A stretch of 64,000 nucleotides of DNA from Antedon mediterranea (lineage: Eukaryota; Animalia; Echinodermata): the NCBI RefSeq assembly GCF_964355755.1, contig NC_092675.1, forward strand, positions 4,025,812 to 4,089,811, read 5' to 3'. The translations under genes and the position numbers were made by a program. A model generated the notes under the pieces. The model had not been told where the DNA came from. It saw only the letters and a program-made list of their open reading frames with translations, and made no database searches. Numbering within the stretch: position 1 is the first letter of the stretch; every line of letters begins with the position of its first letter. Positions 15,035 through 28,399 of this stretch are shown in pieces.

Positions 15035-16075
15035 TGATAGTTAACTTAGTAAATGGCTCAAGAAAGTTAGTAACTTTCTTAAGTTTGGATGTGGTAACTT
15101 TTGGCTGTGGTTGGTTAACTTAGTAAGTGGCTCAAAAAGTTAGTAACTTTTTCAGTTTGGATGTGGTAACTTTTTGGCTGTGGTTAGTTAACTTACTGTA
15201 GTAAGTGGCTCAAACAAGTTAGTAACTTTTTCAGTTTGGATGTGGTAACTTTTTGGCTGTGGTTAGTTAACTTACTGTAGTAAGTGGCTCAAACAAGTTA
15301 GTAACTTTTTCAGTTTGGATGTGGAAACTTTTTGGCTGTGGTTAGTTAACTTACTGTAGTAAGTGGCTCAAACATGTAGTTACTTTCTCAGTTTGGATGT
15401 GGTTAGTTAACTTAGTAAATGGCTAAAGAAAGTTAGTAACTTTCTCAGTCTGGATGTGGTTATTTAACTTAGTAAGTGGCTCAAAAAAGTTGGTAACTTT
15501 CTGGCCATAGTTAGCTAGCTTAGTATACGTGGCTTATATATTTGGTAAACATTTTTCCGCGGTTAGTTAATCTAACTTTAGTAAGTGGCTCATACAGTTG
15601 GTTACTATAATTTGACTGATAGTTAACTTAGTAAATGGCTCAAGAAAGTTAGTAACTTTCTTAAGTTTGGATGTGGTAACTTTTGGCTGTGGTTGGTTAA
15701 CTTAGTAAGTGGCTCAAAAAGTTAGTAACTTTTTTAGTTTGGATGTGGTAACTTTTTGGCTGTGGTTAGTTAACTTACTGTAGTAAGTGGCTCAAACAAG
15801 TTAGTAACTTTTTCAGTTTGGATGTGGTAACTTTTTGGCTGTGGTTAGTTAACTTACTGTAGTAAGTGGCTCAAACATGTAGTAACTTTCTCAGTTTGGA
15901 TGTGGTTATTTAACTTAGTAAGTGGCTCAAAAAAGTTGGTAACTTTCTGGCCATAGTTAGCTAGCTTAGTATAAATCGCTCATATATTTGGTAAACATTT
16001 TTCCGTGGTTAATTAAGCTAACTTTAGTAAGTGGCTCATACAGTTGGTTACTATAATTTGACTGTTAGTTAGCTT
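15035..16075. repeat. Compound minisatellite with higher-order duplication
   Basis: Units of TAGTAAGTGGCTCAAA..GTTAGTAACTTT..GTTTGGATGTGG..TAGTTAACT; the block starting TGATAGTTAACTTAGTAAATGGCTCAAG occurs at ~15035 and ~15617. Confidence 0.92.
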
Positions 16076-16568
16076 AGTGTGTTGCTCAGACAAACATGGC
16101 TGCTGTTGGAGTTTGAGATTAATGCAAATAGCAAACTTGTAACACTTAAAATTGGTGGGTAGCATAGTTTTCTATAAATTGCTGTAATATAAAACAGTTA
16201 AATATAAACAGCTTAATTTTCAAACAATGTATCATCTTCAATGGAATTTGAAGTGAATGCATATAGGGTTTCTGCAGTGCATTATACAACATATTCCTTT
16301 TACAGTAACCCGTAACAATACACAATATTCAAGGATACTCAAATAAAAACTTTCGGATACTTTTCCAAAACCAAGTTCAAATTTTAAAAGAAATAATCTT
16401 AATTTCATAATAATTGGAATAATCTCTGGAAGGGATCAATTTTTGTAACTCGATTTTTTAAAAAAATGTATAATTTTCAAAAGCTGGTTGTATTATTGTA
16501 TCATATTGTAGCTCTTTCTATTACACAAAAAAATAAAAAGTTTATCGTATTTGGTTATACAGTAAAAT

Positions 16569-16840
16569 CAAGTTCTGATTGCGCTCTGTGTAATATACAG
16601 TACACTAACCACAAAAACATTTTGATCTGGTGTGGACAAGTTCTGATTGCGCTCTGTGTAATATACAGTACACTAACCACAAAAACATTTTGATCTGGTG
16701 TGGACAAGTTCTGATTGCGCTCTGTGTAATATACAGTACACTAACCACAAAAACATTTTGATCTGGTGTGGACAAGTTCTGATTGCGCTCTGTGTAATAT
16801 ACAGTACACTAACCTCAAAAACATTTTGATCTGGTGTGGA
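16569..16840. repeat. 68-bp tandem repeat, 4 copies
   Basis: CAAGTTCTGATTGCGCTCTGTG..GATCTGGTGTGGA, near-identical units. Confidence 0.95.
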
Positions 16841-19106
16841 CACAAAGCAATCACAACAATGAGTTGTTAAATGTTCATGGTCACAGTCACTTAAACCAAT
16901 GGGTTAGGTTCGGGAACAAAAGAAGTCTTACTCTTAAGAGAAATTTGCTTTGCTTAGGGAGAAAAAAACAATTGATGTAGAGAAATATATATTTCTATCT
17001 TAAATTATATGGATTTGAAACGGCGGATGAAGTGAATTCTATAGTATATTCAGATAGCTGTAAAAGAAAATAAATGTATGTATTTATTATGGAGGTATTA
17101 ATTATTGTGACATGTAGTGATAACTCAATAATTTCATTAAATTTTAAGTAAAACATTTTATTTACAATATAGCACAATATAGACAGATGTAGAAAACAAT
17201 GAATGTTTCCATAAGCTAGATTGATTACAGATGACATTAGGAATTATAACCCTATAAAGACAGGCCTACTTTTAGTGTATGTTAATAAATGTCAAACCGA
17301 TGTCACTTCCTTTCAATAATATTACATACAAAATATTTACATCATTTTATGTCTCACAGAGACAAAGTTTAAAAAACTACAATAATTGATATATTAAATG
17401 ATAAAATAATTGTTCATTTTGTTTTAAATAGATTTTAAATAATGTTAATATATACTGTTTATTTTTATGCTGATCAAGTCATGAGAATTATTTATTCTCT
17501 CAACTATGGTGGTCCATCCAGCCAAAGCTGAGAGAGGACCCACTGAATACCCAAAACTTTCCTAAGATTTTTCTTGCGGTCCTAAATTCTTTACTCTAAA
17601 AATACGATGGAAAACCAGGGATGTTAGGCCAGCCCAAGAGTGTCCAGTTGAAAGTAGACTGTAATACAACTAATAGAGCTTGAACAAAACCTTCCATATG
17701 CTGCAATGTCAACGACTTATAACACATCAGCGTCATAAATCTTGACCAGTCTGCAAACAGACAGTGTCAACGTCTGCAAGAAACTTGATGACATCTTTGA
17801 TCGTGTTGTACGCCGTATCACGTTACTTTGCCAAGATGCCAATAATCGTATCCACTTTATTTTAACCAAAGTCAATAAAAATGATAATTTAAGCGTATGC
17901 TATTTTTTGACAACCAAATACACAGCCACTAAATGTCTTATTTGTTAATAAAATGTTAACTTCAGATTCAAAGTGATTATATACTGAAGACTATTAAAAC
18001 ATCTTTAACAGACTGCTATAATAAAACTTGGTAATAAAAGTTGACAAGACAGCATCCAATATTCAGAATATAAGTCTTAAAAAGTAAACAAACTGCTTGT
18101 TGGCTAGCACAAGACGGTTTATTTAACAGCGTATTACAATTTGATGTTAAATACAGGAATGAATTGGTTGAGAGAAAAATGTGGTAGATGTCAGCAATCA
18201 GTCATATCCGGCAAAAATCAAACAAATTCACAAATATCAATCGTACGCCAAGTATGAATGACATCCACTGATTCATGGCGATCAATCGATTGAATGATTG
18301 TACATTCAAATGACAACATATTAATGGTGCGTTAGCAGAAGTCAAAGCTAACTCACTGACATTCAATTGATACTGAAGTTCTAACGACATCGTTTGTGAG
18401 GCATGTGTCCAGACATCAAATCAAACGTCTAAATTAAAAATTGTGCTGTAAAAACATCCTTCACTTTGGAGTAAACAGTAAATACATGATATTTACATGC
18501 AATGCTTTTGACATCCACGTTGTTAAAACAGTTTAAACATTGAAATGTATGTTGGCTAACACTCTTTAAATTTAACACAAAGTTTAAAGAGAATGCCAAC
18601 TATTAGAATTACTTGATTCTTTTTATGAAAGCTAGCCGTGCAAGTTTCCGAACCGAACTGCTTTCCGATACGTTTCGTAAAGCGTTTTGACAAAGATTAT
18701 ATTTATTTCATTCAATAAATAGATTTGTTTCCAAAGTTGAAAAGTATCTTTAAAATGTTAAATTCTTTTGGTATAAATATCTAATACTTCCATAGTAAAC
18801 AATTTTTCCATTAAAAAAAATCAAGGCTATGCGAAGAAGACAAACAGGCAGAAAAATCTTCACACATCAACAGTTATTGTTATTAAAACAATAAAGCACC
18901 ATCATATTGTAAACATTCTGTTGTCAATAGCAAATCTACATTAATCAAATCACTTTCTTGTAACTTCACAATTCTTAGAAAGAAATTCAATTCCTTGATA
19001 TGTTGTAACATCATTGTTGTTTATACTTACTATTGTTGTGTAGTGGATAAACAATAATAAGTTTAGTTTGCAGTAGCAACAATACAAACAAGTGTTAAAT
19101 AAAGAG

Positions 19107-22100
19107 TTATTTAGATTCCTTATTCTGAGCAACTTTCTGCATCAAAGAACGAATCGCTCGTGCTCGCAGTTCCAACTCTAGAATTTCAAGCTCAGATGAA
19201 GGTTTTGAGCCTTCTGATTGCTCATTAGGCTTCACAACACAACTAAGATTGTCCTGTTCCGAATTAGATAATGCTTGCCCTACCCCGACTTCATTTTCAA
19301 CCCTTTCTCTATCTTCATTTTCCACCCTTTCTCTGTCTTCATTTCCAACCCTTTCTTTGACCTCATTTTCACCCCCTTCTTTGACTTCATTTCCACCCTG
19401 TTCCTCTTCCCAATCAATAATATTACCTGACACATTTGGATCCTCTTCTATTCTGCTCTTATCTGGTAAAGTTTCTAAACATAGAAAAACAAATATTATT
19501 GTCTTATTATACAAAGTATCAACTCCGCTAAAATTCCTCCTAAAATCTAAATATAAAGAATTTTCTTAATTTAATAAGTTGAGCATACCTCAATAACATT
19601 ATTGCATTATTCATCTTAAAAACAACATTGACATTGTAAATCAATGGTTACAAATCTATGTTTGACTAGTGTGCTTATTAATGTGCACAAGAGTAATGTT
19701 GAATGTTTTTATGTGTCACATAAATCAATATTAAATCAAATTTGTCACATTAATGACAAAAGTTTCTCCTTTGTCATTTGAGTAAAGCATCAAATTTTAG
19801 TACATTTTTTTTTAGTGCATAATTCTTTTTCATATTTTAAATATTTTAAAACTAAAAAATTTAGAGTGTTTGGTCTACATGTGCTTAGTGTAGTTCAAAT
19901 AAACAAGCACATATCAAATATATATATTTGTGTGTCTTCACACAAACTAAAAGCAAACTGTATGATGTAATATAAAAAGTATATAATTACATACACTTAA
20001 GCATCCGTTTTAAAATAAAGATTTTATCATTATTATTATTATTTACAGGTAGACCCCACCTCACGGCAATCTTTTATCATTTGTAATATTATTATAATTT
20101 TTCCATCTACTAACAATTTCTGAGCATCCACTCCATAGTCGCAGTAAGCTCTGTCTACACTATCAAACTAGTTTGACAAAGAACGTGTCATGTATCCAAA
20201 TACGGTAGTGATATTCCCAAATATGGTAGTGATATGACATGATATGGGCACATTTTGTTGTCACATAAATAGTGTAGACAGAGCTTAAGATAATAAGTTC
20301 AGCACATTTTACAATATTTAAAAATACTGAATCCACTTAAGCATTCCAAATTTCGAAGCTATTAGAATAATCTTCAGTTGTGTTGATTCCGCTCATAATT
20401 TATTTTTATTCATTTTATTTTACAACATGTTTAATATTGTCAATATAATAATAATAATATAATATAGACCCAGTTTGACATCGTGTCATGTCAAGCTTTA
20501 GTGTTCAAAATAGATTATATATATATTTACCCATATGTTCCTGGGTTGATGACCCAGCTTGACCTTCGACATTCTGCTGGACACTTCTTAATTCACCATC
20601 TTCACTTCCTTCTTCCATATCCTCACTAGTTACAGATTCATTTTCTTCTTCTGTTTCGTCCAACTTCTCTTCTTTTTCATCTTCTTCTTCTTCTGACCTT
20701 ATTGGTGAGCTATCCTCAAGCTCAATAACTACGCAACACAAAGACTTTTTGTCAATAAACTTAAAATAACAAGAATTAATTAACAATCTATTTTTGCTGA
20801 GTAATAATAATATTAATATCTTGAAATAATTTTATGTAGATCCAAATAATTTTTTGAGTAAATTTCTTTTTTGTTGATCCAATATGAAAAAAAGAGTATA
20901 AATAAAGTACTAACTACTTTTTGCAAACAACAAAGTAAAACACAGCACCCCCACCAACATCAAAGTGATGTCAGGCCAGACTGTAACTAACAAGAGTCGA
21001 CTTAAAAGTTTGCAAAAACGTAAGTAAGTACTGTATTTGTACTTATTCACTTTTCATATAAATTCAATTTTTTATATCTTTATTTCTTTGTATTTTTTAT
21101 GTAATCGAAAAATATAGTACCTCAATTCAGTTCGTAATACCATGGCAACTTTTGTAAAACTCTTTATTTTTATATGCATTTTTGTGAATATAAGCCAGAA
21201 TATTGGATTAAAAATGTGTGTTAAAGTGTTAATGCATTTACAACAGAAGTAAATAAATATAATACTACCATCAGCAGCATGCCTAGCATCAGATGTTGAC
21301 GCCATAGAACCAGCCATCAAATCCTGTGTGCTGCCAACACTCATCTCTCCATCTCCCTGCTGACTGTCACACGTTGAATGCACCACTGTACTGGTATCTG
21401 GACTTGTATCCCTCGTTTGAGGCTCCTGTTGAATTTCTTTCTCTGCCATTCTACCATCATCTGATAAAGATTCTTCTGTACCAGACGACGAGTTCATTTC
21501 TTCCCCTGTAAATATATTGCTATTTATACACACCATAGACTAGTGCTGTTTCATCACATTAATGGTGATATAAGCAATGTATATATTGCTATTTATACAC
21601 ACCATAGACTAGTGCTGTTTCATCACCTTAATGGTGATATAAGCAATGCATATATTGCTATTTATACACACCATAGACTAGTGCTGTTTCATCACATTAA
21701 TAGTGATATAAGCAATGCATATATTGCTATTTATACACACCATAGACTAGTGCTGTTTCATCACCTTAATGGTGATATAAGCAAAGTATATATATTGCTA
21801 TTTATACACACCATAGACTAGTGCTGTTTCAACACCTTAATGGTGATATAAGCAATGTATATATATTGCTATTTATACACACCATAGACTAGTGCTGTTT
21901 CATCACCTTAATGGTGATATAAGCAATGTATATATATTGCTATTTATACACACCAAATACTAGTGCTGTTTCATCACCTTAATGGTGATATAAGCAATGC
22001 ATATATTGCTATTTATACACACCATAGACTAGTGCTGTTTCATCACATTAATAGTGATATAAGCAATGCATATATTGCTATTTATACACACCATAGACTA

Positions 22101-24198
22101 GTGCTGTTTCAACACCTTAATGGTGATATAAGCAATGTATATATATTGCTATTTATACACACCAAATACTAGTGCTGTTTCATCACCTTAATGGTGATAT
22201 AAGCAATGTATATATTGCTATTATACACACCATAGACTAGTGCTGTTTCAACACATTAATAGTGATATAAGCAATGTATATATTGCTATTTATACACACC
22301 AAATACTAGTGGTGTTTCATCACCTTAATGGTGATATAAGCAATGTATATATTGCTATTATACACACCATAGACTAGTGCTGTTTCAACACATTAATAGT
22401 GATATAAGCGATGTTCAAAGCAGAGACTTTTATTGTGAAATAAAAAATATAGTAAAAATAACCAGGGTTCAATCCTGGACTAGTGCCAGGGTTGTACCTC
22501 ACGACTCTTTCTTTCTTTTTATTATATAATAATAATAAATTCTAAAATATTTTAACCATCCTGTAATTGCCAAATTGCTTGTTGTTGGATGCGTATGAAA
22601 TAAAAATATTAAAAAAACTAAAATTAGTGTTGTTTATTATACCAGAAATAAAGGCATTGAATGACCTCTCTCAACCTATTCAGGAAATTGAGCTTATTCA
22701 GTGCACCAACTCTATCAACTTTTAAGAAAGACTTGATAAACATTGGCATGATAAGGGGTTTAAAAAGGCTCAGCCTAGAAACTGCCCTTTAAACCGTAAG
22801 TGTAAAATAAGCTCTTAAGCTTTTTGGGCTATCCTGGAAAATCTTTTTTTCTGTAATGTAGTCAAGTGCCATTAAGAGGCTTACTGTACCTGCAAGAATA
22901 TGTCGAATCCTCTTTTTAGACATCCCCTCCAGTTGGTGGCAACATAGTTCTTTTAGCTCATCAACTGGAATATTCTACAAAATAAAATAGGCATTAATGA
23001 TAAAATAAAAAACAATTTAATGATACAGTATAAACTATCATAATAAAATAAAGCTATTGCCCACCTATAAAAATTGTAAATGGGTTGGGATATGTAAACA
23101 CATATTAATTAATCTTCTGACAATTGTAAATGGGTTGGGTTATGTAAAAACATATTAATTGATTGTGTAGCTAAGGAGATTCTTAGAGTGACTTTCAATA
23201 CTATCTACTACATTCACCTCTAACTATCAGCATGGTCATGGTTTTAAACTGCATTTGAATCACCAACAGAGAGGGGGTTAGGTTAATGGTGTATCAACAT
23301 GACCGAACGTCCCCAAGTTGTCAGGGAATAATGGAGTATCGCCATTAAGGATGGGTTGTGGGTTCGGAATGGGGTATCAACATGACCAGGATTTGAACTG
23401 GGAAGGTTACTAGAGAGAGGTACCTGCTTTGGGGTTGTTAATTTCAAAATACAAAAAAAAATGTATTTTAATTGAAGTTCATGTGAAATAACCTTAAGAA
23501 TATCAGGTAAGAGTGTTTTAAGTTTGTGTTCCTTGACTGATTTGAAGACATGTTCCAACATCTCGTCTCTATTACTGATGTAAGCACCAATTGTCTTCAG
23601 CTCTTTATTAAGGTCCACATCAGAATCTTCATCTGCTTCCTGGTCATCGTTAGATTTCTTCTCAACCTTCTGAAAACATAATACAAGTTATACAACTGTA
23701 TATGCCGCAAAGGTCAAAGTAGTGGATCTTTAAATAGCATTTTTATGCTATTTAATTTGTTATTTATTTATACTGGGTAACCTCTTCAGTCATAGACTGT
23801 TCTCCCAGAGTGCCCAGTTGTGATCCATGGCTGTGTGTGTACTAGTACACCTGGGTAACCCCCTACTCATCTTGAAAGATGTACTAGTGTACATGATCTA
23901 GATGTGTACACTGGACCTACAGTTTATAGTTCTATCCCAGAAGACTTGTTCTACTGTACCACCAGAACCATGGAAGCATACATAGACCTATAAGAAGCTT
24001 CTGGCTGAGTGAAAGTTGGGCAGTGGAAGACTGTAAGAGATATTTTTATCTGTATTTTACTTTACTATCATTCTTCTTCTTTTTTCCACCAGCTTTGACC
24101 TTGCCATTCTTTTTTCTTTTCTTTGAATTTTTTTTAACAGATGAATCAGCTTTACTTTGACTTGAAAAAATTGGTCTTGAAGGAATAATTTCGGACAT
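19107..24198 (-). CDS. CAAP1: Caspase activity and apoptosis inhibitor 1 (CAAP1)-like, 6 coding exons, ~400 aa
   Basis: Exons 24198-24061, 23669-23493, 22974-22890, 21505-21269, 20728-20531, 19474-19107 join with GT-AG ends and consistent phases (1203 nt). Protein has LKTIGAYISNRDEMLEHVF, LLPDILK, ELKELCCHQLEGMSKKRIRHILAG and C-terminal ELEILELELRARAIRSLM, matching CAAP1 family motifs as I recall them. Confidence 0.9.
20147..20285. mobile_element. MITE family A copy
   Basis: AGCTCTGTCTACACTAT...ATAGTGTAGACAGAGCT termini. Confidence 0.85.
21511..22413. repeat. ~69-71-bp minisatellite, ~13 copies, in CAAP1 intron
   Basis: Unit ATATTGCTATTTATACACACCATAGACTAGTGCTGTTTCATCACCTTAATGGTGATATAAGCAATG; ends a few nt from the acceptor at 21506. 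Confidence 0.95.
22645..22805 (+). mobile_element. CR1-type LINE 3' remnant
   Basis: Degraded frame reading ..FK/RLDKHW.., resembling the CR1 ORF2 C-terminus, followed by a short UTR. Confidence 0.5.
23755..23970 (-). mobile_element. Meta-domain-like SINE fragment
   Basis: Shares GGGTAACCCCTACTC..GTGTACACTGGACCTAC(A/G)GTTTATAGT..AGAAGACTTGTTC with 42925-43085; its 3' end (TATACTGGGT..CTCTTCAGTC..GACTGTTCTCCCAG) recurs at 52860-52917. Confidence 0.7.
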
Positions 24199-24697
24199 TC
24201 TGAAACAAAAGTCAGGATTATAATACAAAAAAAATTATAAAAATAAAGTAAATATATAATATGAAAAGAGCATGTGTAGGCTAATGTGATATTTTTACAT
24301 GCAGGGGCGCGTTATGGTATTCATAAGGTAGGACGCACCTCTTCCATGGATCGTACAGTGATCAACAAAAAGTAACTGCATAAACTATATCATGAATACA
24401 CCATATGTTACTACAGTACTTTTTAATTTAAGTTTTAATCCAGTCAGAGGGAGCCGTTATTTATGATTTATCCTGTCTTTATTTACTGAATGACAATTTC
24501 AGTGCTAAGCCTAACTAAAGAATTGATTTCCAAAGTGGTTCAGTAGTTTTTTATTTTGTTTTCAGTGTTTGATCATTTTATGTGTTCCATACTCAGAAAT
24601 GGACAAGGACTACTCTACAATTTGTTTAGCTAGGCTAAGGCAAAATATCCAGTAACAGACTTGCACCGACTACGGCTTGGCTGGTTTGCGGCCTAGG

Positions 24698-24865
24698 GGA
24701 ACAGACGATCGGGCCCACATTTTGCGGTCCCAATCGTCTTATGTGTTAGGCCCAATCGTCTTACCAGTTGATCCCGATCGTCAAGTATTTTCAGAACCAC
24801 GTTGGGCCTGATCGTTTTACCAGTTGGTCCTGATCGTCTTAGCGTTGGGCCCGATAGTCTTTTGT
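24698..24865. repeat. GGGCCCGATCGTC-type subterminal repeat cluster (DNA transposon end)
   Basis: One inverted and about six direct copies of GGNCCCGATCGTCTT; one more copy at 26436-26450. Confidence 0.6.
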
Positions 24866-25396
24866 GTTATTTTATATATAAAATAATGTGCCAAGTTTCA
24901 TTCCTAGTCCTACGTGCTTTTTCTTGCGTAAATTAAGATTTTATCATAATTTTCCCTAATTAACACTACTGGTTTTAAAAATTTCTTATTAAATACTCTC
25001 AATTTATAATGTGAATGTTTAATTTAGTTTATTCGAGTGGACCGTTAAGTAGTTTTTCCGTTGAGTACTTCTTTAACGGAGTATTTTGAGCGTTGAAATT
25101 TTTCTTAACGAAAAAGCTTTCGTTGTCAACGTTTTCTATTCGAATGACTTTCTGTTGAGCACAAATTTACAATTCGAATACAAAAAGTACTCAACGAATC
25201 TTTACGTTGACAACGAAAGTTCCCAATCGAATACGACGAGTGTGATAAAAACTTGACCTCTCTCGCGACAAAATTAATAATAATAGCACATCAGTGCATG
25301 AAACCTGATTCGGTAATACATATTTTCATATATTTCTGACTATAAATCGAATACATTATTACTACGAATAATTAATTAATTTTCCGCGAATGTTTT

Positions 25397-26430
25397 CAGG
25401 GCTGTAGCCAGGATCTGTCAAGGGGGGGTTCGCCCACTAAGTATTTGGATCACCAACCCCCCCCCCCCCCCCAGGGGTGGGGCCTGAGGCGAAGCAAATT
25501 TTGTTAAATGATGGCTGGAAAAGACACTCTCATGCAGCATGCTACCAATGAGCAAAACGATTGTACTTGGACTCGTGGACTATTTAAACGATAATATTTG
25601 TTGCCGTATGTTAGATGCGCGTGCTCTGTGCGGAACCGCCGATTGTTTGATCATTTACTCGATATTTTGTTTTGCGTTCAAGTTCAATGCGAACGTACGT
25701 CTAGGAGAAGCCCCGAAAAAAGCACACTGGGTGAAGGCAAATGCAATTCTTATTATAGCTCTATCTATATTTATTTACAGCAATTTGTTGAGGAAATTAA
25801 ATATGCCAATGTAAATAGGTGATATTGATACATTTGAGTAGGCCTACGTATCGGCTGGTGGTCTAGAAAAAAATAATCGGATGCCATAATGTGAACTACA
25901 GTACATGATACCATAGATATTATAGTGTAAAATATTAATATTCACTTTAATCCTCTATGATACATTATACTTCATAGCCACACATAAATACTGATGTATG
26001 TCGGAAGGCTATATACTTTTATGCATGCTGCCTGACTGCCAGTGATCTAAACAATTGGTACGCAGTTGTCTGGCGGTGTCCTTTGTACGAATCGTTCGTC
26101 CCCCAGCTTGCTGTGAGACGCGTCAATATCATGTTACATGCAGGGACCAAACCTTTATTTTTCAGGTTAAAATCCGCAATTCATTTGCAACTCTTTACAG
26201 ACTATATCGCTCGAAGTACGCTCATACAGGGAAGAAAGGTACTGTATGAGTTATTCCGAACGAGTTTACGAATTTTATAATTTACGAACAACTTTTTGTA
26301 CTGTGGGGCACGTATTTGGACGATTTTCGGAGATGAGGGTGAGGTATTGGGCATGTCGGGGATGGGGGTTCGCTGTAAAACTAAAGGGGGTTCGCCCGAA
26401 CCATAAAAACCCCCCCTGGCTACGGGCCTG
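25397..26430. mobile_element. hAT-like non-autonomous element with apparent 5-bp TSD
   Basis: Termini CAGGGCTGTAGCCAGG / CCTGGCTACGGGCCTG, subterminal GGGGGTTCGCCC motifs, GTTTT directly on both flanks. Confidence 0.7.
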
Positions 26431-26640
26431 GTTTTGGGCCCGATCGTCTTTCATTGATCTGATAACCGACGGCCTAGGCCTACTACTACTGTACTAGCCT
26501 ACTACCCCAGGCTAGGCCCTAGCTAGCTAGGGAGCCTAGGCTAGGCCCGGCCTAGCTAGCCTAGCCTAGACCGTATATAATTTGCTGCAAATTAATAATT
26601 ACTAGCCTACTAGGCTTAAAAGCTTGAAACATTTACATAC

Positions 26641-26760
26641 AGATGTTAAGTATTTCCCAATATATGGGGTATAGTTATACTACTTCACAATCAACGGTGA
26701 TTTTTACGAAAGCAAAATAATTTCCAACACGCGACGCAAGAAGATACGGGATATGGCTAG
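26641..26760 (-). other. Probable non-coding first exon/promoter of CAAP1
   Basis: Minus-strand donor ATCT|GTATGT at 26641/26640, CpG-containing sequence upstream, and the ATG exon begins with an acceptor 1 nt before the ATG, so an upstream exon is required. 5' boundary approximate. Confidence 0.5.
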
Positions 26761-28399
26761 GAGGAGGAACGAGTGAAAAATAGTTGATATCTAAAAGGCT
26801 GCCGTGTCTGGAGGATACATTCGAATTATTTACACAGTTAGCCGATAATAACCCCAAAAAAAACATGAATTCTATACAATACATGTATAAATATAAAAAC
26901 TTGGATCGTAGAATAGGTGATTATACACCTGAAAAATCGAAATGTCACTCCTATTTGTAATATGTCTATGGTCCTTCGCCACAATCGACACTCATCTTCC
27001 CTTTAGGACATACTACTCGTTTTCTTCACTCTACTCTACCTCACTCACTCTCACTCGATTAATCTTTTCATCTTAACGTGTCTTCCTCTTCTGTGCTTGA
27101 CATTAAACTGCCCTTAAGATGTAACCTATAATTTATTACACTTTTATTAATTATTATAATAACTATAACAATAATCATATTAACAATAATTGCAATAATT
27201 AAAAACAATAACTACTACAGTAGTTATGACTATAATTTTTATGTGTTTAATTTTAAATGATAATTATGTTTGTATGATGTAGTATGTTTAAGCGGATATT
27301 AGCCCTTGATGCCATTTGCAGCAATAAAGAAATTGAATTGAATTGAATTGAATTTCCATACATTTGCTGTGTTTATTCGCCCAATCAGTAAATATGAGCT
27401 ATATTGATTCTAACTTTATTAAAAAAATCGAGTAGGCACCTTGGCAGAGTAAATACAGGACTGTATCTAATGACAAATGTCTACAGAGCTGACAGATATG
27501 TACGATTTTAAAATTTTTGACAAAACCATGTATCTAGAAATTTACCAGCCCACATATGAAAGGGACATATAATTGTTCATTAATTTAGTCCCTTACGGTT
27601 CTCTGAGGATACCGTTAATATCCATAAACTTCTTTTCTTTGATTTTGCTTTCTAAGTTATTAAAGATCTATTGTCCCCCAAAAACATGAACAATTATTAA
27701 TAAAAAAATATTTAAATATAGGCCATTTAACAGTTTTTATAAATAGAAAAAAAAAACAAAACAAAATGTTTTCCTTTATACTGTAAAAACAACGGTTAAA
27801 TTCAACCAAAAACCCATTGCATTCCATTCAATTTGACTATTGTTTGCTTTAAATTACAGTTTTTAGGTAATAATTTTTTTTTAAACATTAAAATGACATA
27901 TTCAACAAAATAAATTTAGCATAAAATAGAAAAAAATGTGTCAAAAATTACTAATGTAATACGTTTATGATTCACTACCAGAGTAGACGTATTTTGTCAC
28001 CTCGCCCTCTAGGAAATTATAGGTTTACGTGTAAATAGGCACAACAAAAAGGTGTCGGCATTCGTTCAAATAACTTCTCATAATAAAGCATTCAATGTCA
28101 AAGGTTAATAAAAGCATGCTTCTTGCGTGTTGCGCGTTGTTGTGAATGAACAACGTGTACGGTGATCGTGTAATATTTTCCTTCATCTTACTATAAAATA
28201 GGTATAAGTAACACATTGTATTAGGCTAAGTTTTTTTATTATATTATAAGGCACATTAATATTGTAAATGATATTAAGTTCAGTAGATTTTAACCTTTAA
28301 AAATGTTAAGCCTGGTCAGGCTTCTCATATTTGTTGTGTGTGGTGTGTGGCGGCTCCCTTACTTACAGTTACACACTGCTTTCTCGGTGACCCAAAAAC

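Noticed and set aside
16569-16840. CRISPR-like appearance of regular repeats (also 21511-22413 and 48285-48722)
   Set aside because: Units are contiguous with no unique spacers; eukaryotic context, no cas genes.
900-19000. Protein-coding exons among the short ORFs of the first 19 kb
   Set aside because: AT-rich, non-coding-like composition, no recognisable domains or consistent splice chain; small exons of a long gene cannot be excluded without transcript data.
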